A stretch of DNA of 64,000 bases from IMG/VR virus record IMGVR_UViG_3300042391_000634, positions 271,631-335,630 of that record; one strand, written 5' to 3'. Positions 16,958 to 27,098 of the stretch are shown one piece after another. Below the pieces are notes generated by a model, which was not told where the DNA came from, did not search any database, and was given only the letters and a program-made list of their open reading frames with translations. The stretch's first letter is position 1. Each line of letters begins with the position of its first letter. The position numbers were made by a program, and so were the translations under genes.

Positions 16958-19693
16958 ATGAAAATACTTGCACACACATGTTTTATTGGAGTCACAGGAT
17001 ATGCTAATCACGCAAAGTCCTTTTTTTGTGCTCTGAACAAACACCACACCGTAAAAGTTAGAAATTCAACCATAGGTGGTGGTTGGAAGGGAATGAATAA
17101 CACCCCGCATGATAATGAACCTTACATCACAGATGAGATGAAGGATATGTTAATTCTTCAAACTCTTAATAATTCGGACGGTAGTAGGTCGGATTACCCA
17201 ATCTACGGATATAGCGGTGATTATAATACAGACGTTAATATTGTTTTGGTAGATACAAACAACCATTATTTCTATGACAATTATGTGGGGTATAATATTG
17301 CATATAACGTTTGGGAATCAACACGTTATCCCGATAATTTCTTTAAAAGATTACATTACTTTGACGAGGTATGGGTACCAACACAATGGCAATTTGATTG
17401 TTTGGTTGAACAGGGTTATCCATCACATAAAATATCGATAGTCCCTGAGGGAGTTGATGTGGATACATTTAAACCGTTAACTAAGACACCAAAGAAGGAC
17501 AAATTTAGGTTTTTACACTTTGGTAGATGGGATTATAGAAAAGGAACAACAGAGGTTTTAAGAGCGTTTAGTGAGACATTTAAAGATAGGGACGATGTGG
17601 AGTTAATTGCATCAGTTGAAAACCCTTATCCATTTGACGGACTTAAAACAACTGAAGATAGGGTTAAACATCACAATATAGACACAACGAACATTAAATT
17701 TATAAAATTCACACCACAGGAAGAATATGTAAAATATTTGCAAGAGGGTGATGTGTTTGTTTCATGTGCTAGAAGTGAAGGTTGGAACTTACCTTTAATT
17801 GAGGCAATGGCATGTGGAACACCTTCAATTTATTCCGATTGGGGGGGACAATTACAATTTGCAGAAGGTAAAGGTGTACCAGTTGGAATTAAAGGATTGA
17901 GACCTGCAAATATTGAGCATAAAGAATGGCCAGGTGAATATTGTGAACCAGATTGGGATGATTTGAAGTGGAAGATGAGACAGGCGTACGATTATAACAC
18001 GGCAATGTGGGTAAAGGCCGTTAGTGACGCAAAAGATATTCATGAAAAATTTAATTGGGATACGGTTGCAAAGGGAGCATGTGATATATTGGAAAGAAAT
18101 AAAAAACCATTTGCGTTTGTAACTACCGGTAACTTAGGATACATGCCGGTGATTGAAAAGTTAGTTCAATCATTATTAGAATTTTCTAAACGTAAGATTA
18201 TAGTATATGGTATTGATTGTGAGGTTCCATTTGATTATCCAAATATTATTAAAAGAACGATAACAACACAAAAGATATCTGAACATGATAAATGGTATTG
18301 GAAACAAATGGCATGTATTGAATCCGTTAATGAAGGGTTTGATAACTATGTTTGGATGGATGGTGATGTTGTCGTTAATTACAACGTAGATAATATCAAA
18401 TCTTATTTCAAAGAGATTGAAAACTATCCAATATCCGATATACATGTTCAAGAAGAATTCTTTGGTTGGTATGATGATGGAACTAAATCACAATTATTTA
18501 ATGAACGAGTTGCTGAAGATTGGGGAGTTCAAAAACAACAACCATATATGCATGTATGTATGTATGTTTATAATAAAGAATGTAAATGGTGGTTTGAAGA
18601 GATCCTTAATCATTATGTGGAAGTAATGAAAGATGGTGGTAAAGACTACAAACGTTTATACCTATGGAATGATGAAGGTATTGATAATGCAATGAGATGG
18701 AAATACAACTTTAAAAAACATTTACCACTATCTAATTTTGACACATCATCTTATGATGGTGATGACGGAATGACAAATGAGACACAACATCATTTCTTAA
18801 AGTTTTGGAATGAAGAAGGACCACAAAATTTCAATAGAATATTTGGATATCAAGCAATACCAAAAGATAAGAATCAAATTCTTTATTTCCACGGTAATAA
18901 GAATGCACAGATGTCCGATTTTATGATGGACTTTATTAAGATGAAACGTGATAATAGTTTTTACAAATCAGAACAATTTTATACATCGTTAGATGTTAAC
19001 ACATATAAGTTAGAGAACTTAGGTGACATCAAAGATGTACCGGGAGGTACTATGGAAATTGCAGATAAGTATGGATGGGCAAGAGCAATCTACCATGAAA
19101 TTTTTAATTTACATGATTACTATAAAGGTGGTAATGAAAGAAGAATAAATGAAGGTGATATTGTGGTGGACTTAGGTGGTAACATGGGTATCTTCAATAG
19201 GTGGGCATATCATCAAGGTGCGAGTAAAGTAATCTCATTTGAACCAGATAGACGATATTTTAAATTACTGTCACTTAACGCTGACCCACGTTCAGTATTA
19301 TTCAACGCAGCCGCGGCACATGAAATTGGAGAATTGAATTTATATGAGAGTAGTCACTTAGGTGGGTCAAATGTTTTTGGTGTTGAAGGTCAAGAAGGAT
19401 ATAGTGTTAAAACATATACTTTAAACTATCTTTTTGAAAGTGGTTTAATTGACCATATCGATTTTCTTAAGGTTGATATTGAAGGAGCAGAACATGCTGC
19501 ATTTGCTGGTATCAGTGATGAGAACTTACAAAAAGTTAAAACCATCGCAATGGAATATCATCATAGTCATTTTGAATACGATGAAGAATTAAGAACAAAT
19601 TTTATAAATAAAATGAATGGATTAGGGTTCAATTCATATCTATTATTTATGGGTAATAATAACAGTTTACAAATGATATATTTTTGGAAATGA
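16958..19693 (+). CDS. multidomain GT4 glycosyltransferase + DxD glycosyltransferase + FkbM methyltransferase
   Basis: GRWDYRKG, SEGWNLPLIEAMACG; WMDGD; VDLGGNMG, FEP, LKVDIEGAE. Confidence 0.85.
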   Translation: MKILAHTCFIGVTGYANHAKSFFCALNKHHTVKVRNSTIGGGWKGMNNTPHDNEPYITDEMKDMLILQTLNNSDGSRSDYPIYGYSGDYNTDVNIVLVDTNNHYFYDNYVGYNIAYNVWESTRYPDNFFKRLHYFDEVWVPTQWQFDCLVEQGYPSHKISIVPEGVDVDTFKPLTKTPKKDKFRFLHFGRWDYRKGTTEVLRAFSETFKDRDDVELIASVENPYPFDGLKTTEDRVKHHNIDTTNIKFIKFTPQEEYVKYLQEGDVFVSCARSEGWNLPLIEAMACGTPSIYSDWGGQLQFAEGKGVPVGIKGLRPANIEHKEWPGEYCEPDWDDLKWKMRQAYDYNTAMWVKAVSDAKDIHEKFNWDTVAKGACDILERNKKPFAFVTTGNLGYMPVIEKLVQSLLEFSKRKIIVYGIDCEVPFDYPNIIKRTITTQKISEHDKWYWKQMACIESVNEGFDNYVWMDGDVVVNYNVDNIKSYFKEIENYPISDIHVQEEFFGWYDDGTKSQLFNERVAEDWGVQKQQPYMHVCMYVYNKECKWWFEEILNHYVEVMKDGGKDYKRLYLWNDEGIDNAMRWKYNFKKHLPLSNFDTSSYDGDDGMTNETQHHFLKFWNEEGPQNFNRIFGYQAIPKDKNQILYFHGNKNAQMSDFMMDFIKMKRDNSFYKSEQFYTSLDVNTYKLENLGDIKDVPGGTMEIADKYGWARAIYHEIFNLHDYYKGGNERRINEGDIVVDLGGNMGIFNRWAYHQGASKVISFEPDRRYFKLLSLNADPRSVLFNAAAAHEIGELNLYESSHLGGSNVFGVEGQEGYSVKTYTLNYLFESGLIDHIDFLKVDIEGAEHAAFAGISDENLQKVKTIAMEYHHSHFEYDEELRTNFINKMNGLGFNSYLLFMGNNNSLQMIYFWK

Positions 19694-20352
19694 GTACATT
19701 AGATAATTTGGCAAAAGTGTATGGAACTGATAAGTCTTCCGACAATCACAATTATTGTGTTAAATATGAAAAGTATTTACCATTTAACAGATATGATAAA
19801 TTAAACATATTGGAGATTGGTGTCTTAGATGGTAAGTCACTATTAACTTGGAAGGATTATTATTATCGTTCTAATATTTTAGGTATTGATATTAATGCTG
19901 ATTGTAAAAAATACGAAGAGGAAAGAATTTCAGTTGAGATTGGATCACAAGCTGATAATGTTTTCTTGCTTGATATAATGAGAGAGTATGGACCATTTGA
20001 TATAATATTAGATGATGGGTCACATATGAATGAACATGTTATTTATTCTTTTGAACATCTGTTTGAATCTATTAAACCTGGTGGGGTTTATATAGTTGAA
20101 GATGTTGCAACATCCTATTTCCCTTGGTACGGTGGGGGTTTAAATGACCCTAAGAGTATGATGGAATACTTCAAGAAATTAACGGATGATATTAACTTTA
20201 GAGGTGTTGAGAACTTAGATGACCAAGCCGCAGTATGGGATCGACGAGAAGATAAACTAATACCGTATTCAAATAAAGTACAACCTGATTGTAGAACTGA
20301 CATAGAGTCAATAACCTTCCTTAATGGAATAATTTTAATAAGAAAAAGATAA
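19690..20352 (+). CDS. class I SAM-dependent (sugar) O-methyltransferase
   Basis: YGTDK, LEIGV, GIDI, DDGSH, GGVYIVED. Confidence 0.82.
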   Translation: MSTLDNLAKVYGTDKSSDNHNYCVKYEKYLPFNRYDKLNILEIGVLDGKSLLTWKDYYYRSNILGIDINADCKKYEEERISVEIGSQADNVFLLDIMREYGPFDIILDDGSHMNEHVIYSFEHLFESIKPGGVYIVEDVATSYFPWYGGGLNDPKSMMEYFKKLTDDINFRGVENLDDQAAVWDRREDKLIPYSNKVQPDCRTDIESITFLNGIILIRKR

Positions 20353-22475
20353 TGGGATACACACAATTTAATGATGATGTTTTTGTAGTTGACTGCTGGC
20401 CGGATAATAAAGATAAAGAAAATGTTTTAAAAAAATTACTTACAAGTTTAAAGGTATATAATTGTCCCATTATATTATGTGGACATTACCCTGTTTCACC
20501 TGAGATACAAGTATTGGCTGATTATTATCTATATGATGGTAATAATGATATATTATTAGAAAAGGATTTTGCTGAGTATGGTATTAATAGTGATAGATGG
20601 ACAGATATGGGAACATATAAGTTAACCAATAAAATTGATTTTCATCATGACTATGCAATTTGGTTAACAATGAAAAACGCTTTCAATCTTGTTAAACAAT
20701 TAGGTAAACAATATATTCATTTTTTAGAGTATGATAATTTACCGGACGAAACACAATATCGACAAGCATTTATGGAATATATTAGAAGTAACGATGCGGT
20801 GGTTTATGAGTATTCAGAAGGTTCAACAAAAGAAAGTAATCCATATAGTTCGGCTTATATCTTTTCAATTAAGACAGATGTTGCGTTAAAGATGATTGGT
20901 CTTATTAATAGTAAAAAAGAATACTTTAAGGGTAAACCTGATAGATGGCAATTAGAAAAACAATTATATCAATCAATTAAAAAGGTTACCAATAGCATAT
21001 TCGTTAGTAAGTATATTCCGAACGATAATGAACTTAACATTTTTGCGGTATGGAATAGAAATGGTATATTAAAAAACGGCGTTCGTTTACAAACATATTT
21101 GGGTGTAGACGACTCTGGTCAATTGTTTATTCATTTTATATCGGGGTTTTCAGAACAACCAGCAAATAAAGATTATTTAATTGAAGTTAACTATGGAACA
21201 TATAAAAAATTCCATACGGTTAAAAAGGGAGAATACAAATTAGAAAGACTTGGTGAATATAAACAAAATGAGGTAGTTGAAGTACGTCATCAAGGATTGG
21301 AAATATTCACACAGGAACTTAAACACGAAATGAATGAGTTTAGAAGAAATAATAAATTATCAAGAAATAACGTTAACACAAATAGAAAAACAAACATTTA
21401 TTTTGTAGATGGTCCATTTGTTGAAATTGTTGAAGATGGTGATTATCTATATAATGTTCAATTTATAAATAATAAAAATAATAAAATTGAATATGAATTA
21501 AACCTAAAGAGTAATAATTGGGCTAGATCGGCTAAAAAATACTACGTAGATTGGTTAATTAAAATTAAAGGTGTTGATAATGACTATTATCATGAACATC
21601 ATATGAATTTAGAAAATAATAGGGTTATGATTTGTTTTGAATCAAAATCTTTAGGTGATAGTTTAGCTTGGATACCATATGTTGAGAAATTCAGGGTTAA
21701 AAATAAATGTAAAGTAATATGTTCTACATTTAATAATGATTTATTTAAGAATCAATACCCCGAAATTGAATTTGTTTTACCCGGTAGTAATGTTAATAAT
21801 ATTAATGCACTTTATCGTTTAGGTTTATTTTATGATGATAAAAGACAAATAGATTATACCAAACATCAAACAGATCCAAAGAAAGAACCTTTATTAAAAG
21901 TGGGGTCCGATATCTTGGGGTTAGATTATGAGGAAATTAAACCTAAATTGGCTAAATTAGGGAAGAAGAAAAAGAAAATGGTATCAATTGCGATTCATTC
22001 AACCGCTCAATGTAAATATTGGAATAACCCAACGGGTTGGCAGGATGTCGTAGATTACCTTAAAGCTAAGAATTATGAAGTCAGACTCCTATCAAGAGAA
22101 GAAGATGGATATATGGGTAACAAAAATCCAAAGGGTGTAACGATACAACCCACTAGTAAATTAACAGATATCATAAAAGTGTTACAAGAATCTGAATTAT
22201 TTATAGGTATAAGTAGTGGATTAAGTTGGTTATCATGGGCTTCAGATACACCTACAGTTATAATTTCAGGATTTACTGATGTTGATTTAGAACCTACCGA
22301 TGGTGTAACAAGAATAATCAATAAAAATGTATGTAATAGTTGTTGGTCTGACCATGAATTTAATCCAGGTAATTGGAATTGGTGTCCTGTTCATGAGAAT
22401 ACAGAAAGACAATTTGAATGTTCAAAAACTATTACAAGTGATGATGTTATATTAAGAATTGAAAAACTTTTATAA
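20352..22475 (+). CDS. N-terminal GT-like domain fused to an AAH/TibC-like glycosyltransferase
   Basis: C-terminal half has SLGDSLAWIPY, FIGISSGLSWLSW, CNSCW...WCP...FECSKTIT; paralogue of 14707..15837. Confidence 0.75.
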   Translation: MGYTQFNDDVFVVDCWPDNKDKENVLKKLLTSLKVYNCPIILCGHYPVSPEIQVLADYYLYDGNNDILLEKDFAEYGINSDRWTDMGTYKLTNKIDFHHDYAIWLTMKNAFNLVKQLGKQYIHFLEYDNLPDETQYRQAFMEYIRSNDAVVYEYSEGSTKESNPYSSAYIFSIKTDVALKMIGLINSKKEYFKGKPDRWQLEKQLYQSIKKVTNSIFVSKYIPNDNELNIFAVWNRNGILKNGVRLQTYLGVDDSGQLFIHFISGFSEQPANKDYLIEVNYGTYKKFHTVKKGEYKLERLGEYKQNEVVEVRHQGLEIFTQELKHEMNEFRRNNKLSRNNVNTNRKTNIYFVDGPFVEIVEDGDYLYNVQFINNKNNKIEYELNLKSNNWARSAKKYYVDWLIKIKGVDNDYYHEHHMNLENNRVMICFESKSLGDSLAWIPYVEKFRVKNKCKVICSTFNNDLFKNQYPEIEFVLPGSNVNNINALYRLGLFYDDKRQIDYTKHQTDPKKEPLLKVGSDILGLDYEEIKPKLAKLGKKKKKMVSIAIHSTAQCKYWNNPTGWQDVVDYLKAKNYEVRLLSREEDGYMGNKNPKGVTIQPTSKLTDIIKVLQESELFIGISSGLSWLSWASDTPTVIISGFTDVDLEPTDGVTRIINKNVCNSCWSDHEFNPGNWNWCPVHENTERQFECSKTITSDDVILRIEKLL

Positions 22476-22512
22476 TTTGGTGATTTTTTTCATTTAATTT
22501 AAAATTATCAAG

Positions 22513-22520
22513 TATTTATA
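22513..22520 (+). promoter_or_regulatory. putative late promoter TATTTATA
   Basis: 19 nt upstream of the fibre ATG. Confidence 0.55.
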
Positions 22521-22539
22521 TGGGTAACAATTAAACCAT

Positions 22540-24567
22540 ATGAAAATATTTGACGCAAACATCTCTGGATCACTAAACGTATCGGGCTCAGCCCATTTCT
22601 TTAATGATCTTACAGTAGACGGAACACTAAACGCCACCATCAGTGGAACATCCACAAACGCACTATCCTTAAACACAACGGGTTCCGCTCGTTTTGCTAC
22701 AACAGGTAGTAACGTATTTAAAGCCGACCAAACAATTAGCGGTTCACTTTATGTGACTACCGATATAATATTAAATGGACAATCATATACTGGACAAACT
22801 TCTGGTACATCAGGAACTAGTGGATCTAACGGTTCTTCAGGAACCTCAGGATCTAGTGGATCTAACGGTTCTTCAGGAACCTCAGGATCTAGTGGTTCAG
22901 ATGGTTCTTCAGGAACTTCAGGAACATCAGGTTCTTCAGGATCTAACGGATCTAGTGGAACATCAGGTTCTTCAGGATCTAACGGATCTAGTGGAACATC
23001 AGGATCTAGTGGTTCTAACGGTTCTTCAGGAACATCAGGTTCTTCAGGATCTAACGGATCTAGTGGAACATCAGGATCTAGTGGTTCTTCAGGAACATCA
23101 GGAACTAGTGGTTCTTCAGGAACTGCGGGTACATCAGGTTCTTCAGGTACCGTTACCTTATCAGGAACACAAGACAATGGTTTATTAACACTTAATGGAT
23201 CTTCTCCAAATGTGTCTGTAGAATCTAATTTAACATATGACGGATCTTTATTTAAGGTTAATTCAAACACAACAATTACAGGTTCATTGACCATTACCGC
23301 AAACTTAAACGTTTTAGGTTCTTCATCAATCACATATACTACTGCATCTCAATTAAGAGTAAATGATAATGTTATAACGGTTAATACCGCATCGCCAGGT
23401 GTAAGATTTGGTGGTTTATCTGTAATGGATAGTGGATCAAATAGTAGTACGGGATCTATATTTTGGGATTCATTAAATAACAGATGGGTATATCAACAAG
23501 AATCAGGATCATCTTACACAGGTGGTATCATAATGTCTGGTCCAAGAAACAATGGGGCTTTAGGAAGTGAAACTACTTTAACAAACAATAAAGTTGCAAA
23601 ATCTACGGGTGGAGATCATCTTGGTGATAGTAATATCAGTGACGACGGAACGACGGTTACAATTAGTACAAATACAGAAATTACAGGTTCATTAAAGGTA
23701 ACAAATGGTATCACAGGTACTTTAACAGGTAATATCACAGGTAATGCGGCAACGGTAACAACAAATGCTAACTTAACAGGTAATGTAACCTCAGTTGGTA
23801 ATTCAACGACAATAGCTGCGGGAGTTGTAACCGATTCAATGTTAGCTGGTTCTATATCAAACGCTAAATTAACTAACTCATCTGTAACGGTTTCGGCAGG
23901 AACAGGTATGAGTGGTGGTGGTGCGGTATCATTAGGTGGTACAGTGACATTAACAAACGCGGGTGTAACCTCAATCACAACAAATACAGGATTAAGTTCA
24001 AACGTAGGTGCAACAGGTGCGGTTACGATTACAAATACAATAACCAATAACAACCAATTAACAAATGGTGCGGGATATCTTTCAACCGCCGTAACCTCAG
24101 CAGTGGCTGGTACGGGTGTTGGGGTAAGTGCAGCAACAGGAGCCGTAACATTCTCAATCGGTCAAGCGGTAGCAACATCATCAAACGTTCAATTTAACTC
24201 ATTGGGTGTAGGAACTGCGGGACCAGTAACAGCAGGTTTAATCAGAGCAACAAATGATGTTATTGCGTTCTACGGTTCTGATGAAAGACTAAAAGAAAAC
24301 ATCACACCAATTGAAAATTCCTTAGATATCTTAAAACAAATAAATGGTTATTACTTCGATTGGAAGGAAATGCCAGGTATTCATGAGAACGAAGGTCATG
24401 ATATAGGGGTTGTAGCACAAGAAATTGGTGCTGTTTTACCTGAAATCGTAACAACAAGAGAGAATGGTTATATGGCCGTTAAATACGAAAAATTAGTTGC
24501 ATTGTTAATTCAAACAAACAAAGAATTATTAAATCGTGTTGAGGCTTTAGAAGCTAAAATAAAATAA
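22540..24567 (+). CDS. tail fibre/virion fibre with Ser-Gly repeat and C-terminal peptidase S74 intramolecular chaperone
   Basis: G/S/T/N-rich body; SDERLKENI...GVVAQE...VKYEKLVALLIQ followed by a coiled coil. Confidence 0.85.
   Translation: MKIFDANISGSLNVSGSAHFFNDLTVDGTLNATISGTSTNALSLNTTGSARFATTGSNVFKADQTISGSLYVTTDIILNGQSYTGQTSGTSGTSGSNGSSGTSGSSGSNGSSGTSGSSGSDGSSGTSGTSGSSGSNGSSGTSGSSGSNGSSGTSGSSGSNGSSGTSGSSGSNGSSGTSGSSGSSGTSGTSGSSGTAGTSGSSGTVTLSGTQDNGLLTLNGSSPNVSVESNLTYDGSLFKVNSNTTITGSLTITANLNVLGSSSITYTTASQLRVNDNVITVNTASPGVRFGGLSVMDSGSNSSTGSIFWDSLNNRWVYQQESGSSYTGGIIMSGPRNNGALGSETTLTNNKVAKSTGGDHLGDSNISDDGTTVTISTNTEITGSLKVTNGITGTLTGNITGNAATVTTNANLTGNVTSVGNSTTIAAGVVTDSMLAGSISNAKLTNSSVTVSAGTGMSGGGAVSLGGTVTLTNAGVTSITTNTGLSSNVGATGAVTITNTITNNNQLTNGAGYLSTAVTSAVAGTGVGVSAATGAVTFSIGQAVATSSNVQFNSLGVGTAGPVTAGLIRATNDVIAFYGSDERLKENITPIENSLDILKQINGYYFDWKEMPGIHENEGHDIGVVAQEIGAVLPEIVTTRENGYMAVKYEKLVALLIQTNKELLNRVEALEAKIK
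22801..23151 (+). repeat. 39 tandem X-G-S/T triplets (9-nt unit, 36-nt higher-order unit SGT-SGS-SGS-NGS)
   Basis: Counted directly from the DNA and protein sequence. Confidence 0.92.
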
Positions 24568-24579
24568 TTATATTAAATG

Positions 24580-24614
24580 ATACTCACCACGTCCTAAAAA
24601 AATGTGGTGAGTAT
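24580..24614. terminator. 11-bp inverted repeat downstream of the fibre gene, overlapping a TATTTATA motif
   Basis: ATACTCACCAC ... GTGGTGAGTAT followed by TTATA. Confidence 0.55.
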
Positions 24615-24648
24615 TTATAACAAAGAACTTAGTTAAAAGAAATATATC

Positions 24649-24867
24649 ATGGGTACAGTACCAGCAACGGGAACCGAAGTAAGTATGGGAAGAATTAGTG
24701 TAGTTTTAGGACTGGCAGCAACACCAGGTCAAGTACAAGTAGGTTTGAACTCAACTTTAGGTGTTGGTCGTAATAGGTCATATTCAGGAATTGCTAGTAT
24801 CCCAAGTGGATCTGAAAGTGCTGAAGGAGCATCTTTCGGTGGTTTATCAGGTTCAGGTACATATTAA
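24649..24867 (+). CDS. small Gly/Ser-rich putative virion (fibre-associated) protein
   Basis: MGTVPATGTEVSM...; follows the fibre gene and a late motif. Confidence 0.5.
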   Translation: MGTVPATGTEVSMGRISVVLGLAATPGQVQVGLNSTLGVGRNRSYSGIASIPSGSESAEGASFGGLSGSGTY

Positions 24868-24904
24868 TTTTACATTTTCACCTTTTTTTATTATATTATA
24901 ATGT

Positions 24905-25348
24905 ATGGATTTACGTTATAAGTGTCACCCCTCAAAATACGAATTACAATACGTTAAATGGAACGGAATTAACTTTGATAGAGAAAGACTCATCAAGTTT
25001 GTTAAACGTCTCAAATTGACGTATTTTTTGTGTTTTATACCCTATTACAGAAGGGAACATCAAATACTTAAGGAGATATTAAACACTTACGATATAGTTC
25101 GTATTCAAGGACTATTAGATGGGGATGAGAACATATTAAGAATGTGTTTTATTGAGAAATGGGCAAGGATTGGTGCTGTAGATATCTTACTAACAAATAC
25201 ATATTCAAGATTAACATATACGACGATTAGTAATCTTCCAATTAAAGACTTTCAACTTATATCTAAAAGGGTTGAAGAAATGGTTGAAGCGGGTAGAAAC
25301 ATAACATATCAAAATAATACCATAACAGACAACATACCAGGATTATGA
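24905..25348 (+). CDS. hypothetical protein
   Basis: 147-aa ORF coupled to the next gene. Confidence 0.55.
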   Translation: MDLRYKCHPSKYELQYVKWNGINFDRERLIKFVKRLKLTYFLCFIPYYRREHQILKEILNTYDIVRIQGLLDGDENILRMCFIEKWARIGAVDILLTNTYSRLTYTTISNLPIKDFQLISKRVEEMVEAGRNITYQNNTITDNIPGL

Positions 25349-25980
25349 GTAAATCAATCAACAATAGTTCAATGTGGGAGGTAAAACCACTTAAGTTATC
25401 AATATTAGTTCCAACGAGGGATACTGTTCATAGTCAGTTCTCTTATTGTATAACTCAATTATTTAATACAACAAGAGAGGCGGGTATAGATGCTTATTTA
25501 TTCTACGATTCAAGTACAATATTATTAAATCAAAGAAACAATCTTATTAAGAAAGCAAAGGAAGTAAATTCAGATTATGTCCTTTGGTTAGATAGTGATA
25601 TGATGTTCCCACCAACCACAGCGTTACGTCTTTTAGAACACAATAAGGACATTGTGGCATGTAATTATATGAGACGTTCAAAACCTCTTAAAACGGTTGC
25701 ATACACCGATTTAAATGATTGGAATAGTTGGTTACCAATGGAAATACAGGAAGACCTCGTTAAAGTGGAGGGAGTAGGTATGGGATGTATGTTAATGAAA
25801 TTAGATACATTCGATAAATTAGAAAAACCATATTTTGAATTTAGATATAAAGAAAACACCGAAGATTACTTCGGTGAAGACTTTATTCTATTAGGTAAGT
25901 TAAGAGAATTAGGATATGAAGTGTTTATTGATACATACTTAAGTATGATGGTTAAACATGTTGGTAATTACGCCTTTTGA
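25345..25980 (+). CDS. GT2-like glycosyltransferase
   Basis: LWLDSDMMF (DxD), GMGCML, GEDF. Confidence 0.75.
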   Translation: MSKSINNSSMWEVKPLKLSILVPTRDTVHSQFSYCITQLFNTTREAGIDAYLFYDSSTILLNQRNNLIKKAKEVNSDYVLWLDSDMMFPPTTALRLLEHNKDIVACNYMRRSKPLKTVAYTDLNDWNSWLPMEIQEDLVKVEGVGMGCMLMKLDTFDKLEKPYFEFRYKENTEDYFGEDFILLGKLRELGYEVFIDTYLSMMVKHVGNYAF

Positions 25981-27080
25981 TTTTTGTCGACAATTAACAA
26001 ACTTAAATTACCATATTCATATAAACCTGGACTATAATCATCTATTGAAACTCTTATAGTGTTAATAACATTAAAATCATCCTGAGTTAAGTCATCACCA
26101 ACAAAAACTTTTATATCTACGTTATCGACATCCTCAAATTTAGATTTTAAATCATATCTTGTAAATTTCTTCTCGTTATCAATATAATTTTGAGGAATTT
26201 CATCTATTTCAATCTTATCAAAAAATGGTTCCAACAATTCAATATGTTTGGAACTACTTAATTTAACACCAACAACTTTCTTAACGTATGTAAAGTTATC
26301 TGTTGTTTGATAATCCATGGCATTAAACATAGGAATACTAATACCCCATTTTCTAATGAAATTTCTAATTGAATGAGCTTCAATGTCTTGACGTATGTTT
26401 TTCATTTCATCACTAAATCTTGATGTCTGTGAAACAAAATGATAAGTAATTGCACTATCACATGTTTTTAATTCATATCCTTTTAATTTCGCACGAATTA
26501 AAAAGTCATCATCTTCACAAAAACATGGAACAAAACTAAATCCATCAAATCCACCTAAATCAATAAATGTTTTCTTATATGATGACATAAAGAAAACTGC
26601 ACCATTATGTAGAGTATCACTATTTTTCCATTGTTTAACATAATCATTAAAATTTGAATCATCAAAATTATTAAATCCCCTACCTAAATCTATTAACACC
26701 TTACCTGGTCTTTCGTGACCTTTAAAAATGGGTGGTTCGATTGTTGTATATGACAATATCATATTCTCAGTTAACAATCTTTCAATTGCCTCCAAGAAAC
26801 CTTCACCGATAACCATATCGTTATGTATAAGAACAATCTTTTCAGTATCAACAAGATCAATACCGGCATTATATGTTTCAGAAAAAGTTAAACGATCATC
26901 ATCATGAAAGAAAGATAAATTTTCATCCATTAAAGATTGTAACCATTCTTTTGTACCATCACTTGAACCACCACTACTAATAACTAATGGTGCATCGGGG
27001 TAAATTTCACGAAGTCTTTTATAACATTCTGTTGTTAAATCTAATTTATTGTAAACGGCTAAGACAAAGCTTATATTCAT
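25968..27080 (-). CDS. GT2 glycosyltransferase
   Basis: SFVLAVYN, GSSDGT, HNDM, GGFD, EDDD. Confidence 0.82.
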   Translation of the reverse strand: MNISFVLAVYNKLDLTTECYKRLREIYPDAPLVISSGGSSDGTKEWLQSLMDENLSFFHDDDRLTFSETYNAGIDLVDTEKIVLIHNDMVIGEGFLEAIERLLTENMILSYTTIEPPIFKGHERPGKVLIDLGRGFNNFDDSNFNDYVKQWKNSDTLHNGAVFFMSSYKKTFIDLGGFDGFSFVPCFCEDDDFLIRAKLKGYELKTCDSAITYHFVSQTSRFSDEMKNIRQDIEAHSIRNFIRKWGISIPMFNAMDYQTTDNFTYVKKVVGVKLSSSKHIELLEPFFDKIEIDEIPQNYIDNEKKFTRYDLKSKFEDVDNVDIKVFVGDDLTQDDFNVINTIRVSIDDYSPGLYEYGNLSLLIVDKNQKA

Positions 27081-27098
27081 TTTATTATTTTTTAAGTT

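Noticed and set aside
22801-23151. Possible CRISPR array or DGR repeat
   Set aside because: In-frame 9-nt coding repeat without unique spacers; no cas or reverse transcriptase gene in the window.
22749-23333. Minus-strand PEEPLDP ORF and the alternate-frame ORF 22775..23188
   Set aside because: Shadow frames of the Ser-Gly repeat in the fibre gene.
23616-24053. 145-aa minus-strand ORF
   Set aside because: Antisense shadow of the Thr/Gly-rich fibre coding region.
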